DNA of 64,000 bases. Source: an uncultured Nitrospiraceae bacterium. Lineage in GTDB: Bacteria > Nitrospirota > Thermodesulfovibrionia > Thermodesulfovibrionales > UBA6898. How positions within the stretch are numbered: position 1 is the first letter of the stretch; each line of letters opens with the position of its first letter. Position numbers and translations under genes: made by a program. The stretch spans positions 128,001 through 192,000 of the forward strand of contig CAWEQH010000010.1 in the NCBI GenBank assembly GCA_963811165.1, read 5' to 3'. The notes under the pieces are model-generated. The model worked only from the letters and a program-made list of their open reading frames with translations, was not told the DNA's origin and made no database searches. Shown piece by piece: positions 11,097 through 20,300 of this stretch.

Positions 11097-11942
11097 TTAC
11101 GCTATTTTTCCCCTCTTTATCGCGTCCGCGACCTTTGCGACCTTCGCCATTTCTTTGACATCGTGAACGCGGACGATATTGGCCCCTTTTATGATCGAAA
11201 TCGCTACGGCGGCCGCAGTACCCTCCAGACGTTCGGTCGCAGGGGCGTTGTCAAGGACCTTGCCTATGAATGCCTTCCTCGACGGCCCAACGAGAATCGG
11301 CCTGCCCAGGGAGGTGAATTTGTCCAGGTTGTGCAGTATCTCCAGGTTATGGTCGAACGTCTTTCCGAATCCCAGGCCCGGATCGATTACTATCCTGCCC
11401 TCCGGTATCCCGGCGTTCACTGCAAAGGCGATCCTCGTTTTCATGAATTCCAATATCTCTGGAATCAGCGCGGCATAAGAGGGGGCCTGCTGCATATTTT
11501 TCGGGCTTCCCTTCATATGCATGATCACGACAGGGACCCCGTAGTGCGAAATAACGGCCGGCATCTCCGGGTCGAACCTCAGGCCGCTTATGTCATTGAC
11601 GATTGAGGCGCCCGCATCGATCGCCCTTCGGGCCACGTCCGCCTTGTAGGTGTCTATGGAGATAGGGACCTTCACTTGAGATGCGAGTGACTCAATCACC
11701 GGAAGGGTCCGGCGGAGTTCTTCCTCTAGTGACACCGGTTCAGAACCCGGCCGTGTCGACTCACCGCCGATATCGAGGATGTCGGCGCCGTCGCCGACCA
11801 TGCGCAGGCCGCTTTCGACGGCACTGGGTCCGGCAAAGTGGACCCCTCCGTCTGAAAAGGAATCCGGGGTAATGTTAAGGATCCCCATGATACAGGTTTT
11901 GCGGGAGAGGTTTAGAAAAAAATTGTTCCAGGTAAGGTTCAC
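11097..11942 (-). CDS. folP: dihydropteroate synthase
   Basis: GILNITPDSFSDGG, GGESTRPG, DPGLGFGK, SRKAFI, VRVHDV. Confidence 0.97.
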   Translation of the reverse strand: MNLTWNNFFLNLSRKTCIMGILNITPDSFSDGGVHFAGPSAVESGLRMVGDGADILDIGGESTRPGSEPVSLEEELRRTLPVIESLASQVKVPISIDTYKADVARRAIDAGASIVNDISGLRFDPEMPAVISHYGVPVVIMHMKGSPKNMQQAPSYAALIPEILEFMKTRIAFAVNAGIPEGRIVIDPGLGFGKTFDHNLEILHNLDKFTSLGRPILVGPSRKAFIGKVLDNAPATERLEGTAAAVAISIIKGANIVRVHDVKEMAKVAKVADAIKRGKIA

Positions 11943-11959
11943 TGTCCGGCCCTCAAAGC

Positions 11960-13759
11960 CTAGGCAGTCTGTGTTTCGAATTCCTGGATCATCTCCTCTA
12001 TTTCGGGGCCGTCCATCGTCTCTTTTTCGAGGAGGTGCTTTGCAAACGTATCGAGCAGCCCATACTTGTCTTTCAGCAGGTTCTTTGAGGCCTCATATGC
12101 CTCAAAGATTATCTTTTTTACCTCATCGTCGATATCGATCGCGGTCTTCTCGCTATAGTCCTTGTGTTGTGCGATCTCCCTCCCAAGGAATATCTGCTCA
12201 TCTTTTTTACCGTAAGAAAGCGGACCGAGTTTCTCGCTCATACCCCAGACGGTGACCATTTTTCGGGCAAGTTCAGTGGCCCGTTCGATATCGTTTCCCG
12301 CACCGGTGGTCATATGGTTCAGTGCAAGTTCTTCGGCGACCCTTCCACCCATGAGCACCCTGAGCGTTTTGATCAAATAGTCCTTGGAATAGGTATATCT
12401 GTCGTCTATCGGCAGCTGCTGTGTTACGCCGAGGGCCCTTCCTCTGGGGATTATGCTCACTTTGTGGATCGGGTCAGTCCCGGGCGTAAGCTTGGCGACG
12501 AGGGCATGCCCCGCCTCATGGTAGGCGGTGTTCTTTTTCTCTGAGTCGCTGATGATCATACTCTTTCTCTCCACACCCATGAGCACCTTGTCCTTTGCAG
12601 ATTCGAAGTCGTGGTTTTCGACCTTTGTCTTGGACTGCCTGGCCGCAAGGAGCGCCGCCTCGTTTACAAGATTGGCCAGGTCGGCACCCGAAAATCCGGG
12701 AGTTCCTCTTGAGATCTTATCGAGGTTGACCTTCTCATCAAGCGGTATGTTCCTGGTATGTACCTTCAATATCTCAAGCCTGCCCTTTACGTCGGGCAGA
12801 GAAACGACTACCTGACGGTCGAACCTTCCCGGCCTGAGAAGGGCCGGGTCTAAGACATCAGGCCTGTTTGTGGCAGCGATAATGATGACTCCCTCGGTGC
12901 CTTCGAAGCCGTCCATTTCGACAAGGAGCTGGTTGAGTGTCTGCTCGCGCTCGTCATGTCCGCCGCCGAGGCCTGCACCTCTGTGCCTTCCCACTGCATC
13001 TATCTCGTCTATGAAAATAATGCAGGGTGCGTTTTTCTTGGCCTGCTCGAAAAGGTCCCTCACTCTTGAGGCGCCGACGCCTACGAACATCTCGACGAAG
13101 TCAGAACCGCTTATACTGAAGAAAGGCACGCCGGCCTCTCCTGCGATGGCCTTTGCAAGAAGCGTCTTGCCCGTACCGGGCGAGCCGACTAGAAGTACCC
13201 CTTTGGGTATCTTCCCTCCCAATTTCTGGAATTTCTGCGGGTCCTTGAGGAAGTCTATGATCTCCTGTACTTCACCCTTGGCCTCCTCGACGCCGGCCAC
13301 ATCGGCAAACGTAACTTTTACCGATTTTTCTGAGATCAGCCTGGCCTTCGACTTCCCGAACGACAATGCCTTGTTCCCGCCGCTTTGCATCTGCCGCATA
13401 AAAAAGATCCAGATGACTGCGATAAAGATTATCGGTCCCCAGGTGAAAAAGAGGTTGACGTACCACGGGTTCTGGTCCGGCGGTTTGACGGTTATCTTGA
13501 CGTTCTGCGCGCGGAGGGCCTTCATGAGGTCGGGGTAATCCGTATAATAGGTCTTGAATTTGGCGCCGTCCTTAAAGCGTCCTGTGATGGTGTTTTCTTT
13601 TATCGTGACTTCGTCTAGCTGCGCAGCTTCGAGTTTCGTCATAAAATCGGAAAAGATTATCTCTTCCGATGATTTTTTCGGGGCGTTCAGAAGATTGAAG
13701 AGCAATATCACCATCAATCCTATGAGGAGCCATATAAAGAGGCTTCTATACGTGTTCAA
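11960..13759 (-). CDS. ftsH: ATP-dependent zinc metalloprotease FtsH
   Basis: Two TMs, Walker [25 protein letters not shown]. Confidence 0.98.
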   Translation of the reverse strand: MNTYRSLFIWLLIGLMVILLFNLLNAPKKSSEEIIFSDFMTKLEAAQLDEVTIKENTITGRFKDGAKFKTYYTDYPDLMKALRAQNVKITVKPPDQNPWYVNLFFTWGPIIFIAVIWIFFMRQMQSGGNKALSFGKSKARLISEKSVKVTFADVAGVEEAKGEVQEIIDFLKDPQKFQKLGGKIPKGVLLVGSPGTGKTLLAKAIAGEAGVPFFSISGSDFVEMFVGVGASRVRDLFEQAKKNAPCIIFIDEIDAVGRHRGAGLGGGHDEREQTLNQLLVEMDGFEGTEGVIIIAATNRPDVLDPALLRPGRFDRQVVVSLPDVKGRLEILKVHTRNIPLDEKVNLDKISRGTPGFSGADLANLVNEAALLAARQSKTKVENHDFESAKDKVLMGVERKSMIISDSEKKNTAYHEAGHALVAKLTPGTDPIHKVSIIPRGRALGVTQQLPIDDRYTYSKDYLIKTLRVLMGGRVAEELALNHMTTGAGNDIERATELARKMVTVWGMSEKLGPLSYGKKDEQIFLGREIAQHKDYSEKTAIDIDDEVKKIIFEAYEASKNLLKDKYGLLDTFAKHLLEKETMDGPEIEEMIQEFETQTA

Positions 13760-13784
13760 TTCAATTCCTCCATAATATCTGTTT

Positions 13785-13793
13785 ATTCTACCA
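13785..13793 (-). promoter_or_regulatory. extended -10 element upstream of ftsH
   Basis: Minus strand reads TGGTAGAAT about 25 nt before the start codon. Confidence 0.4.
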
Positions 13794-13871
13794 TATTACT
13801 TACAAAAATAATAAACTTCAGATATCCCTTCAGTCGCAAAATGGAAATACACCAAGATCCGGGAAGAAGGC

Positions 13872-13921
13872 TTCCCGACCTTGCTGCCGGCAGGCAGGTG
13901 TGATTTACTTGCGGGAATGAC
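13872..13921. repeat. REP-like palindromic repeat (TTCCCGAC...CTTGCGGGAATGAC) with internal GCCGGC palindrome
   Basis: Same frame sequences recur at 60290-60340; internal palindrome recurs at 53040-53061. Confidence 0.7.
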
Positions 13922-13972
13922 AGAAAAAGCTCTTCCACTCGATGATTATCATTCCGGAATTTTTCTCCTTCT

Positions 13973-14710
13973 TTAAATAGACAGGGGATACGGACCGTCC
14001 GCAATCAGCCCCTTTTGAAGGGAGATGAGTCTTGCGATACCCTCTTTGGACAACCGGAGCAAATTTTCGAGGGTTTCCGTCGAAAAAGGATGCCCCTCCG
14101 CCGTGCCCTGGATCTCGACGAGCTGTTCCTTTCCCGTCATCACAATGTTCATGTCCACGTCAGCGGCCGAGTCTTCCTGGTAACAGAGGTCCAGCATATT
14201 TTCCCCGTTGACGATGCCGATGCTCACTGCGGCGAGGTAGTCCTTTATCGGGTTCTTCTGAATGAGCCCTTTCCTGACGGCAAGCCCGCAGGCGTCCGCA
14301 AGACAGATAAAGGCTCCGGTGATCGCAGCGGTCCTTGTGCCGCCGTCTGCCTGGATCACGTCGCAATCTATCCAGAAGGTCTTTTGACCGATGCTCCCCA
14401 AGTCGACGACCGACCTAAGAGACCTGCCGATGAGTCTTTGGATCTCATGGGTCCGGCCGCTGATTCTCCCTGCTGTCGATTCCCTCAGGGTCCTTATCTG
14501 GGTGGCCCTTGGAAGCATCGAATATTCCGCCGTTACCCATCCCCTGTTCTGGTCTTTAAGAAAGGGGGGGACCCTGTCCTCGACTGTGGCCGTACAGATG
14601 ACGCGCGTCTTGCCCAGTTCCATCAAAACGGAACCCTCCGCAGTGCTGATAAAATCGCGTGTTATTTTTACCTCACGCAATTCGTTGTATTGTCTCCCAT
14701 CAGGCCTCAT
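13973..14710 (-). CDS. rph: ribonuclease PH
   Basis: MRPDGR start, [42 protein letters not shown]. Confidence 0.98.
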   Translation of the reverse strand: MRPDGRQYNELREVKITRDFISTAEGSVLMELGKTRVICTATVEDRVPPFLKDQNRGWVTAEYSMLPRATQIRTLRESTAGRISGRTHEIQRLIGRSLRSVVDLGSIGQKTFWIDCDVIQADGGTRTAAITGAFICLADACGLAVRKGLIQKNPIKDYLAAVSIGIVNGENMLDLCYQEDSAADVDMNIVMTGKEQLVEIQGTAEGHPFSTETLENLLRLSKEGIARLISLQKGLIADGPYPLSI

Positions 14711-14713
14711 CTG

Positions 14714-15529
14714 CTACACCTCCGGTTCTAATTCGATTTTTCTTATAAACTCAATCTTCCTGCCGATGAACCGCTCGCCGATTTCGATGAATTTGTCGGG
14801 CGAATCCGTCACATAAAATTCCCTGGCGATATCGCCCGAAGCCGGCTTGAGCAGCGACAAACGGCCGAGGGTCTCTTTGATCTCTGCGGCCGTTTCTATC
14901 GCAGAGTCTATGAGGGTAACGCCGGGCCCCATAATTTTTGATAAGACGTTTTTTAAGAGAGGATAGTGAGTACAGCCGAGGACGAGCGTGTCGATCCCCT
15001 TTTCCCTCACGTCCCCGAGGTATCGTTCGGCCGTCATCTCGACAATCGGGCCGTCGGTCCAACCCTCCTCGACAAGGGGGACAAAAAGCGGGCAGGACAT
15101 GGGGAAGACTTCGACGGAGGAATCGGCCGCAAGTATCGCCTTCGTATAGGAACCGCTCCTGATCGTGGCCGACGTCCCTATCACCGCCACTCTTTTATTT
15201 TTTGTCGCATTGACCGCGGCCTTTGCTCCGGGCTCTATGACCCCAATGACAGGGATGCCGACGGACTTTTTGATTGCCTCGAGGCTGACCGCAGAGACCG
15301 TATTGCAGGCCACAACGAGCATCTTTATTCCTCGTGAAGAAAGAAACCTGGTATTTTCGAAGGAATACCGCGTAACGGTTTCCGGCGACCGTATGCCGTA
15401 CGGGACCCTTGCGGTGTCGCCGAGGTAGGCCGTGCTTTCCAGTGGGAGTTTATCGAGTATCTCCTTCAACACCGTCAGCCCCCCGATACCTGAATCAAAC
15501 ACCCCTATGGGTTTTGCATGCTCATTCAT
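14714..15529 (-). CDS. murI: glutamate racemase
   Basis: FDSGIGGLTV, VACNT, LGCTHYP. Confidence 0.97.
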   Translation of the reverse strand: MNEHAKPIGVFDSGIGGLTVLKEILDKLPLESTAYLGDTARVPYGIRSPETVTRYSFENTRFLSSRGIKMLVVACNTVSAVSLEAIKKSVGIPVIGVIEPGAKAAVNATKNKRVAVIGTSATIRSGSYTKAILAADSSVEVFPMSCPLFVPLVEEGWTDGPIVEMTAERYLGDVREKGIDTLVLGCTHYPLLKNVLSKIMGPGVTLIDSAIETAAEIKETLGRLSLLKPASGDIAREFYVTDSPDKFIEIGERFIGRKIEFIRKIELEPEV

Positions 15530-16118
15530 CGGAGACCCTGGAGTCGCCTTTAAACTCATAGGCCACCGTATTTTTTAAGGGATATTTAAGATAGACATGG
15601 CCGCCGAGCGTTTCGGCCTCCTTCCCTTCGATGAGTATCTTTATGTCCTGGACATCCTGGAGGTTAGAGATAAGGCTTTCGTAAACGCCTTTAAGCAGCA
15701 GATATTCACTCAGTGCGTCTCCCTGAAAATTTCGGCGCAGTTCATCGGAGAGGTCTACGTAAAGCATCTGCGAAGCGTCCCTGTAGAGGCCAAGCAACTT
15801 TACATTTTGCGGGAACTGAGGGGATTTGCCGTTGCCCGGCCCCTTGAGGTATTCCTCGACGACAGCACCGGCCATTGTAAGCTGCTTTGTCCTTCTGGAG
15901 ACCTTCTTTTCAGTGAGCACCAGCCGGCCATCGACGGGGTAATAGAACCTAAGGGCAATGACTTCATCCGCACCCTGCGGGACGTTGTCCTGAACAGACC
16001 CGGTCGTCTCTGCGGGCTTTTCCTTTAAAGTAAACTTTTTAAAAAGAAAGAAGCCGCCCGAAGCTCCGGCCAAAAAAAAGAGCACCACCAGAATGACCCA
16101 AATTCTTTTACTGTTCAT
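15522..16118 (-). CDS. GerMN domain membrane-anchored protein
   Basis: N-terminal TM, EYLKGP, YVDLS, ILIEG..ETLGGH; amidase-GerMN-murI-rph synteny. Confidence 0.8.
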   Translation of the reverse strand: MNSKRIWVILVVLFFLAGASGGFFLFKKFTLKEKPAETTGSVQDNVPQGADEVIALRFYYPVDGRLVLTEKKVSRRTKQLTMAGAVVEEYLKGPGNGKSPQFPQNVKLLGLYRDASQMLYVDLSDELRRNFQGDALSEYLLLKGVYESLISNLQDVQDIKILIEGKEAETLGGHVYLKYPLKNTVAYEFKGDSRVSDE

Positions 16119-17181
16119 AGCCTGAAACGCCTTTAAGGATTGAAGCGACAAACTTCTCACGCATTTTTTGGTCCGACGCGTACGTTTTCAGCGAAGGATA
16201 TTCTATCATTATCGCGGGTGCGTTGAGGGAATTGAGGACCGGCAGAGGCAGTTCCCTCAGCACGACCTCGGCATTGAAGTCCCTTTTGAGATTTAAGGCG
16301 ATTACCTTCGCCGCCTCTTTGCTCCTGGAGAGGTGCATGCCCTGCCTTGACGACAGACCATAGAGTTTGATCGCCGAGTCGACATTTACGTCTTCCATGG
16401 CGGAAACATACACGACGAAGCCGTTTCCCAACGCGGCATGGATACTTATGAAAAGATCAGGGGTCTTGCCGTTGGCAAAATTTATTCTTTCACTAATCGG
16501 TACAGACTGGTCGACCTTGCGGCCAAGAAAGACCGTAAACCCTTTCTTTGCCATGGCGGTACTAAGGTCCTTCGACAAAGCCAGGTTGACGTCCTTCTCT
16601 CTTGTGTCCTCAGACACGATGCCGTAATCGTAGCCGCCGTGGCCGGGATCAAGGACGATCACTCTTTTTTTATTGGTCTTCTCGACCGGTTTGGCAGGCG
16701 GCGGCAGCTGCTGTTTTTGAGCGGTCTGGGGCGGCTGCGGTACGGCCGCGGATGGCGGTCCCGGGCTCACGATCGGCCCGAAGTTTTGAGGGATCTTTTG
16801 TTCAGGCTTGGGCGGCGCCTCTTTTTGGGCCTTTGCCGACAGGGTAAGGTCGAAAACGAGTCTTGAGGGCGCAGAGAGATACGACGATTTTACTTCGACG
16901 ACGTCTTTAAGAAAGATGTACAAAGAGCGGCCCCTTTTTGCGGTCTCGTAGAAAAAATCCTTGGGCTTTCTGATATCAAACGCAAAGGGGAAATCTATCT
17001 TTATTGCAGCCGCGGAGGCCGATACGTGAGAGTTCTTTATAGAATCGTCGTCCGCCTCGAGCACAATGCGCATCGTCGCGTTTTGCCTGCTGTACCTCAG
17101 AGATACATCAGCCGTCTTTTCAGCGGACAATCGGAAGGCCCCAAAGAGCAGGATAATCGAGATAAGAATAATTCTTTTCAT
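16108..17181 (-). CDS. N-acetylmuramoyl-L-alanine amidase (Amidase_3)
   Basis: Signal peptide, Pro/Gln linker, LDPGHGG, EKDVNL, FISIHA, IMIE. Confidence 0.9.
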   Translation of the reverse strand: MKRIILISIILLFGAFRLSAEKTADVSLRYSRQNATMRIVLEADDDSIKNSHVSASAAAIKIDFPFAFDIRKPKDFFYETAKRGRSLYIFLKDVVEVKSSYLSAPSRLVFDLTLSAKAQKEAPPKPEQKIPQNFGPIVSPGPPSAAVPQPPQTAQKQQLPPPAKPVEKTNKKRVIVLDPGHGGYDYGIVSEDTREKDVNLALSKDLSTAMAKKGFTVFLGRKVDQSVPISERINFANGKTPDLFISIHAALGNGFVVYVSAMEDVNVDSAIKLYGLSSRQGMHLSRSKEAAKVIALNLKRDFNAEVVLRELPLPVLNSLNAPAIMIEYPSLKTYASDQKMREKFVASILKGVSGYEQ

Positions 17182-17303
17182 TGTCGTTGTTCATACATTT
17201 TCCATATATGCGGGACCTTTTGCAATATCACCGCTTTTTTGGGACCGGGGACGAATCGCCCGGTGGAGTTCATATCGGCAGAGAAAAACATGAGCACAGG
17301 AGC

Positions 17304-17336
17304 TTGACAAAACATATAAACGTATGGTTATATGTT
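17304..17336 (+). promoter_or_regulatory. sigma70 -35 (TTGACA) and ArsR-type operator inverted repeat
   Basis: TTGACA at 17304-17309; perfect IR AACATATAA-N8-TTATATGTT (17311-17336) ends 3 nt before the ATG. Confidence 0.7.
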
Positions 17337-17339
17337 GAT

Positions 17340-17738
17340 ATGAAAAGTATCGCAAGGACGATGAAACTCCTCTCTGACACCGCGCGCCTGAGGATCCTGA
17401 TGGTTCTCACGAAACGTGAGTTGTGCGTATGCCAGATCATGGGGGTGCTCGGCATCTCGCAGCCGCTGGTTTCCCGCAACCTCGCACTTCTCAAGGACGC
17501 CGGTTTGCTCGACGAGCGAAAAGACGGAAAACTCGTCTTTTATTCCATAAAGAAGGACATGGCGCCCACCCACAGGAAGATCGTGGGTGTATTGAGGGAG
17601 GCCATGAAGTCTGATAGGATTTTATCAGAGGACCTCAGGTCCCTTATGGACTGCGAAGAATTCCGGAAAAAGACGGGCAGATGCGACATGAAGACCTTTT
17701 CCGATTTTGTGAAGAGGAGGAGGGCGAGGGCAACATAA
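17340..17738 (+). CDS. ArsR/SmtB family transcriptional repressor
   Basis: LSDTARLRIL, ELCVCQI, SQPLVSRNLALL, RKDGKLVFY. Confidence 0.92.
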   Translation: MKSIARTMKLLSDTARLRILMVLTKRELCVCQIMGVLGISQPLVSRNLALLKDAGLLDERKDGKLVFYSIKKDMAPTHRKIVGVLREAMKSDRILSEDLRSLMDCEEFRKKTGRCDMKTFSDFVKRRRARAT

Positions 17739-19111
17739 TGACAGGTCGGGGGGTTACATCAATGACTATCAGATTAGTGAAGACACTGCCGGCGGTGTTT
17801 TTTCTTATCGGCATTCTGGCGTCTTCGGCAGGCGCCAAGGAAAGAACGCTGTCCCTAAGAGAGGTGCTTGCGCTTATTCGGACGGGGAATCCGGAAATAA
17901 GGGCGATGTACCAGTCGGTGCTGGCGTCGAAGGAGGACATCGGCATTGCACAGAGCCTGCTGCTGCCGAAGCTCAGCTTCGAAGAGCGATTCATGAGGAC
18001 CAACAATCCGACGTATTCCTTTATGGCTAAGCTCAACCAGTCCCGCTTTGATCAGGACGACTTTGCGATTTCATCGTTAAATCATCCTTCGCCGGTCAGC
18101 GATTTTCAGACCGGTCTTTTCTTTGAACAGCCTTTGTTCGTTCCGAAGGCTTATATTGCGGTCGACATGGCCAGGAAGGAGTCCGCCGCAAAGGCCGTGG
18201 ATTTCGGGCGTAAGCAGGAGGACGTCGCCTTCCGCGCCGTGAAAACCTATCTTGGCGTCCAGACCGCAAAGGAGTTTGTCGGCGTGGCGGAGAAGGGCGT
18301 GGAAGACGCCAAGGAGCACCTGAGAATAGCAGAGGCGAGATACCATGCCGATCTCGGACTATTCTCGGACATGCTGAGGGCACAGGTGGCCCTATCCTCA
18401 GCACAGGAGAGGCTTGTGTCCGCTAAGAAAAACCTGGAGGTCGCAAAAAGGGCGCTCGGCCTGACTATCGGGCTGACTGAATCAGTGGATGTAGAGGAAG
18501 AGAGACCGGCCTTTGAGGTAAAGGACCTCCAATACTATTGCGCCGCTGCGCTTTCAAGAAAGGACGTGAAGTCGCTCGAAACACGGCACAAGAATGCCGA
18601 GAACGCACTGAAGATGGCTGATGCCGGATATTGGCCTATGTTCGGGGTAGGGGGCTCATATCAGATCAACAGCCACCGAGCTCCCTTCGGAGAGGAAGGG
18701 GACAGCTGGCAGATATCTGCGTTCATGAGGTGGGAACTCTTCGACGGCGCAAGGAGGGAAAGTGAGAGACAAAAGGCGAAATACACAATCGGCGAGACGG
18801 CCGAATATCTGGACGGCCTGAAAAAGAGGGTCTCCTTCGAGGTCTACGAGGCATATCTGAGCATCGAAGAGGCCAGAAAGGGCCTCGACCTTGCCAGGTC
18901 GGCCGTGAAGGCGGCGGAAGAGGGCAGTCGGCTTGTGAGGGCAAGGTATGAGAACTCGCTCTCGACTATTGTGGACCTTCTCGATGTGCAGACGGGACTT
19001 GACGGCGCCAGGGCCGACGTCGCGAACAAAGAAGGGGCCTATATGACCGCCATAGTGAACCTTGGGTTTCAGAGCGGCACAATACAGAAGGACCTCGGTC
19101 TTCAGGACTGA
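17738..19111 (+). CDS. TolC family outer membrane efflux protein
   Basis: Signal peptide, two OEP-like repeats, WELFDG, RYENSLSTIVDLLD; start uncertain. Confidence 0.9.
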   Translation: MTGRGVTSMTIRLVKTLPAVFFLIGILASSAGAKERTLSLREVLALIRTGNPEIRAMYQSVLASKEDIGIAQSLLLPKLSFEERFMRTNNPTYSFMAKLNQSRFDQDDFAISSLNHPSPVSDFQTGLFFEQPLFVPKAYIAVDMARKESAAKAVDFGRKQEDVAFRAVKTYLGVQTAKEFVGVAEKGVEDAKEHLRIAEARYHADLGLFSDMLRAQVALSSAQERLVSAKKNLEVAKRALGLTIGLTESVDVEEERPAFEVKDLQYYCAAALSRKDVKSLETRHKNAENALKMADAGYWPMFGVGGSYQINSHRAPFGEEGDSWQISAFMRWELFDGARRESERQKAKYTIGETAEYLDGLKKRVSFEVYEAYLSIEEARKGLDLARSAVKAAEEGSRLVRARYENSLSTIVDLLDVQTGLDGARADVANKEGAYMTAIVNLGFQSGTIQKDLGLQD

Positions 19112-19150
19112 GGTCCGGCGGTGCGAACATGATTCGATCGGAGGACTGAC

Positions 19151-20272
19151 ATGAGGAAGGCGGGTCTGCTGTTTCTATTCGTACTTATGGTCGTTTTCGG
19201 CTGCAAAGAGAAGATCAAGCCCGGGGCGGAAAAGGTCGTAAGGCCTGTTATATCCGGAGTTAAGGTCATGGCTATAGAGCATTCATCCGTGGACGATTAT
19301 TACGATACATCAGGCACTGTGAGGGCAAAGACGATAAGCGTCGTAGCGAGCCGCGTGATGGGGACGGTGACGGCGATACAGGTGAAAGAAGGCGACCGTG
19401 TCACAGCGGGTCATGTCCTTCTTGCCATAGACGACAGCGATGTCGCTATGAAGCTTAAGGGTGCCCAGGACGGTTACCGGGAGGCGCAAAAAGCGCTGGA
19501 GGCCGCAGGGGAGAGCAGAAGACTGGCCGATATAACCTATCAGCGATACGGCAAACTGTATGACGAAAAGGCGCTTTCAGGACAGGAGTTCGACCAGATA
19601 AAGACGCAGAAGCGGATGGCTGATATCGAGTATGAGAGGGTTAAGGCGTCGGTCGGCAGGGCCGAGGCCGGCCTGAACGAGGTGAAGGTATACCGGGGGT
19701 TCACCCGCGTGACGTCACCTGTGGCCGGAGTCGTTACCGAGAAGAAGGTTGAGCTCGGGAGCATGGCGGTCCCCGGGATGCCCCTTATGACCGTTGAAGA
19801 CAACTCCTCTTACCGTGTCGATATCAACGCAGACGAAAGGCTTGTGGGCAGGATAAGGCCGGGCATGGAGGCGGAGATTTTTCTGGAGTCGGTAAACAGG
19901 AATCTCAAAGGATCGGTGACGGAGGTCGTCCCTTCTGTCGATCCGGCCAGCAGGAGTTTTCTGGTCAAGATAGCCTTGAAGGCCGAGGGTCTGAAAAACG
20001 GCTTTTATGCGAGAGTGTCGATTCCGGTGGGTAAGAGGGAGACCCTTTTGGTGCCGAAAGGGTCCATCGTAGAGAAGGGGCAGCTCACAGGTCTTTATGT
20101 GGTGGGTAAGGACTCGGTCATTACCTACCGGCTGGTCAGGACGGGACGGGAATACGGCGATAAGGTGGAGATAATGACCGGTCTCAACCCCGGAGAAAGC
20201 GTGATAGTGGAAGGCGTCGAAAAGGCGACGGACGGAGGTCTGGCAGCGGGGCCGCTTAAGGATGAGAAGTGA
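19151..20272 (+). CDS. RND efflux membrane fusion protein (lipoprotein)
   Basis: Lipobox VFGC, VKEGDRV lipoyl-like half, helical hairpin, SPVAGVV, VDPASRS. Confidence 0.92.
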   Translation: MRKAGLLFLFVLMVVFGCKEKIKPGAEKVVRPVISGVKVMAIEHSSVDDYYDTSGTVRAKTISVVASRVMGTVTAIQVKEGDRVTAGHVLLAIDDSDVAMKLKGAQDGYREAQKALEAAGESRRLADITYQRYGKLYDEKALSGQEFDQIKTQKRMADIEYERVKASVGRAEAGLNEVKVYRGFTRVTSPVAGVVTEKKVELGSMAVPGMPLMTVEDNSSYRVDINADERLVGRIRPGMEAEIFLESVNRNLKGSVTEVVPSVDPASRSFLVKIALKAEGLKNGFYARVSIPVGKRETLLVPKGSIVEKGQLTGLYVVGKDSVITYRLVRTGREYGDKVEIMTGLNPGESVIVEGVEKATDGGLAAGPLKDEK

Positions 20273-20300
20273 TACGGCGGACAGGGATTAGGGTGGACCC

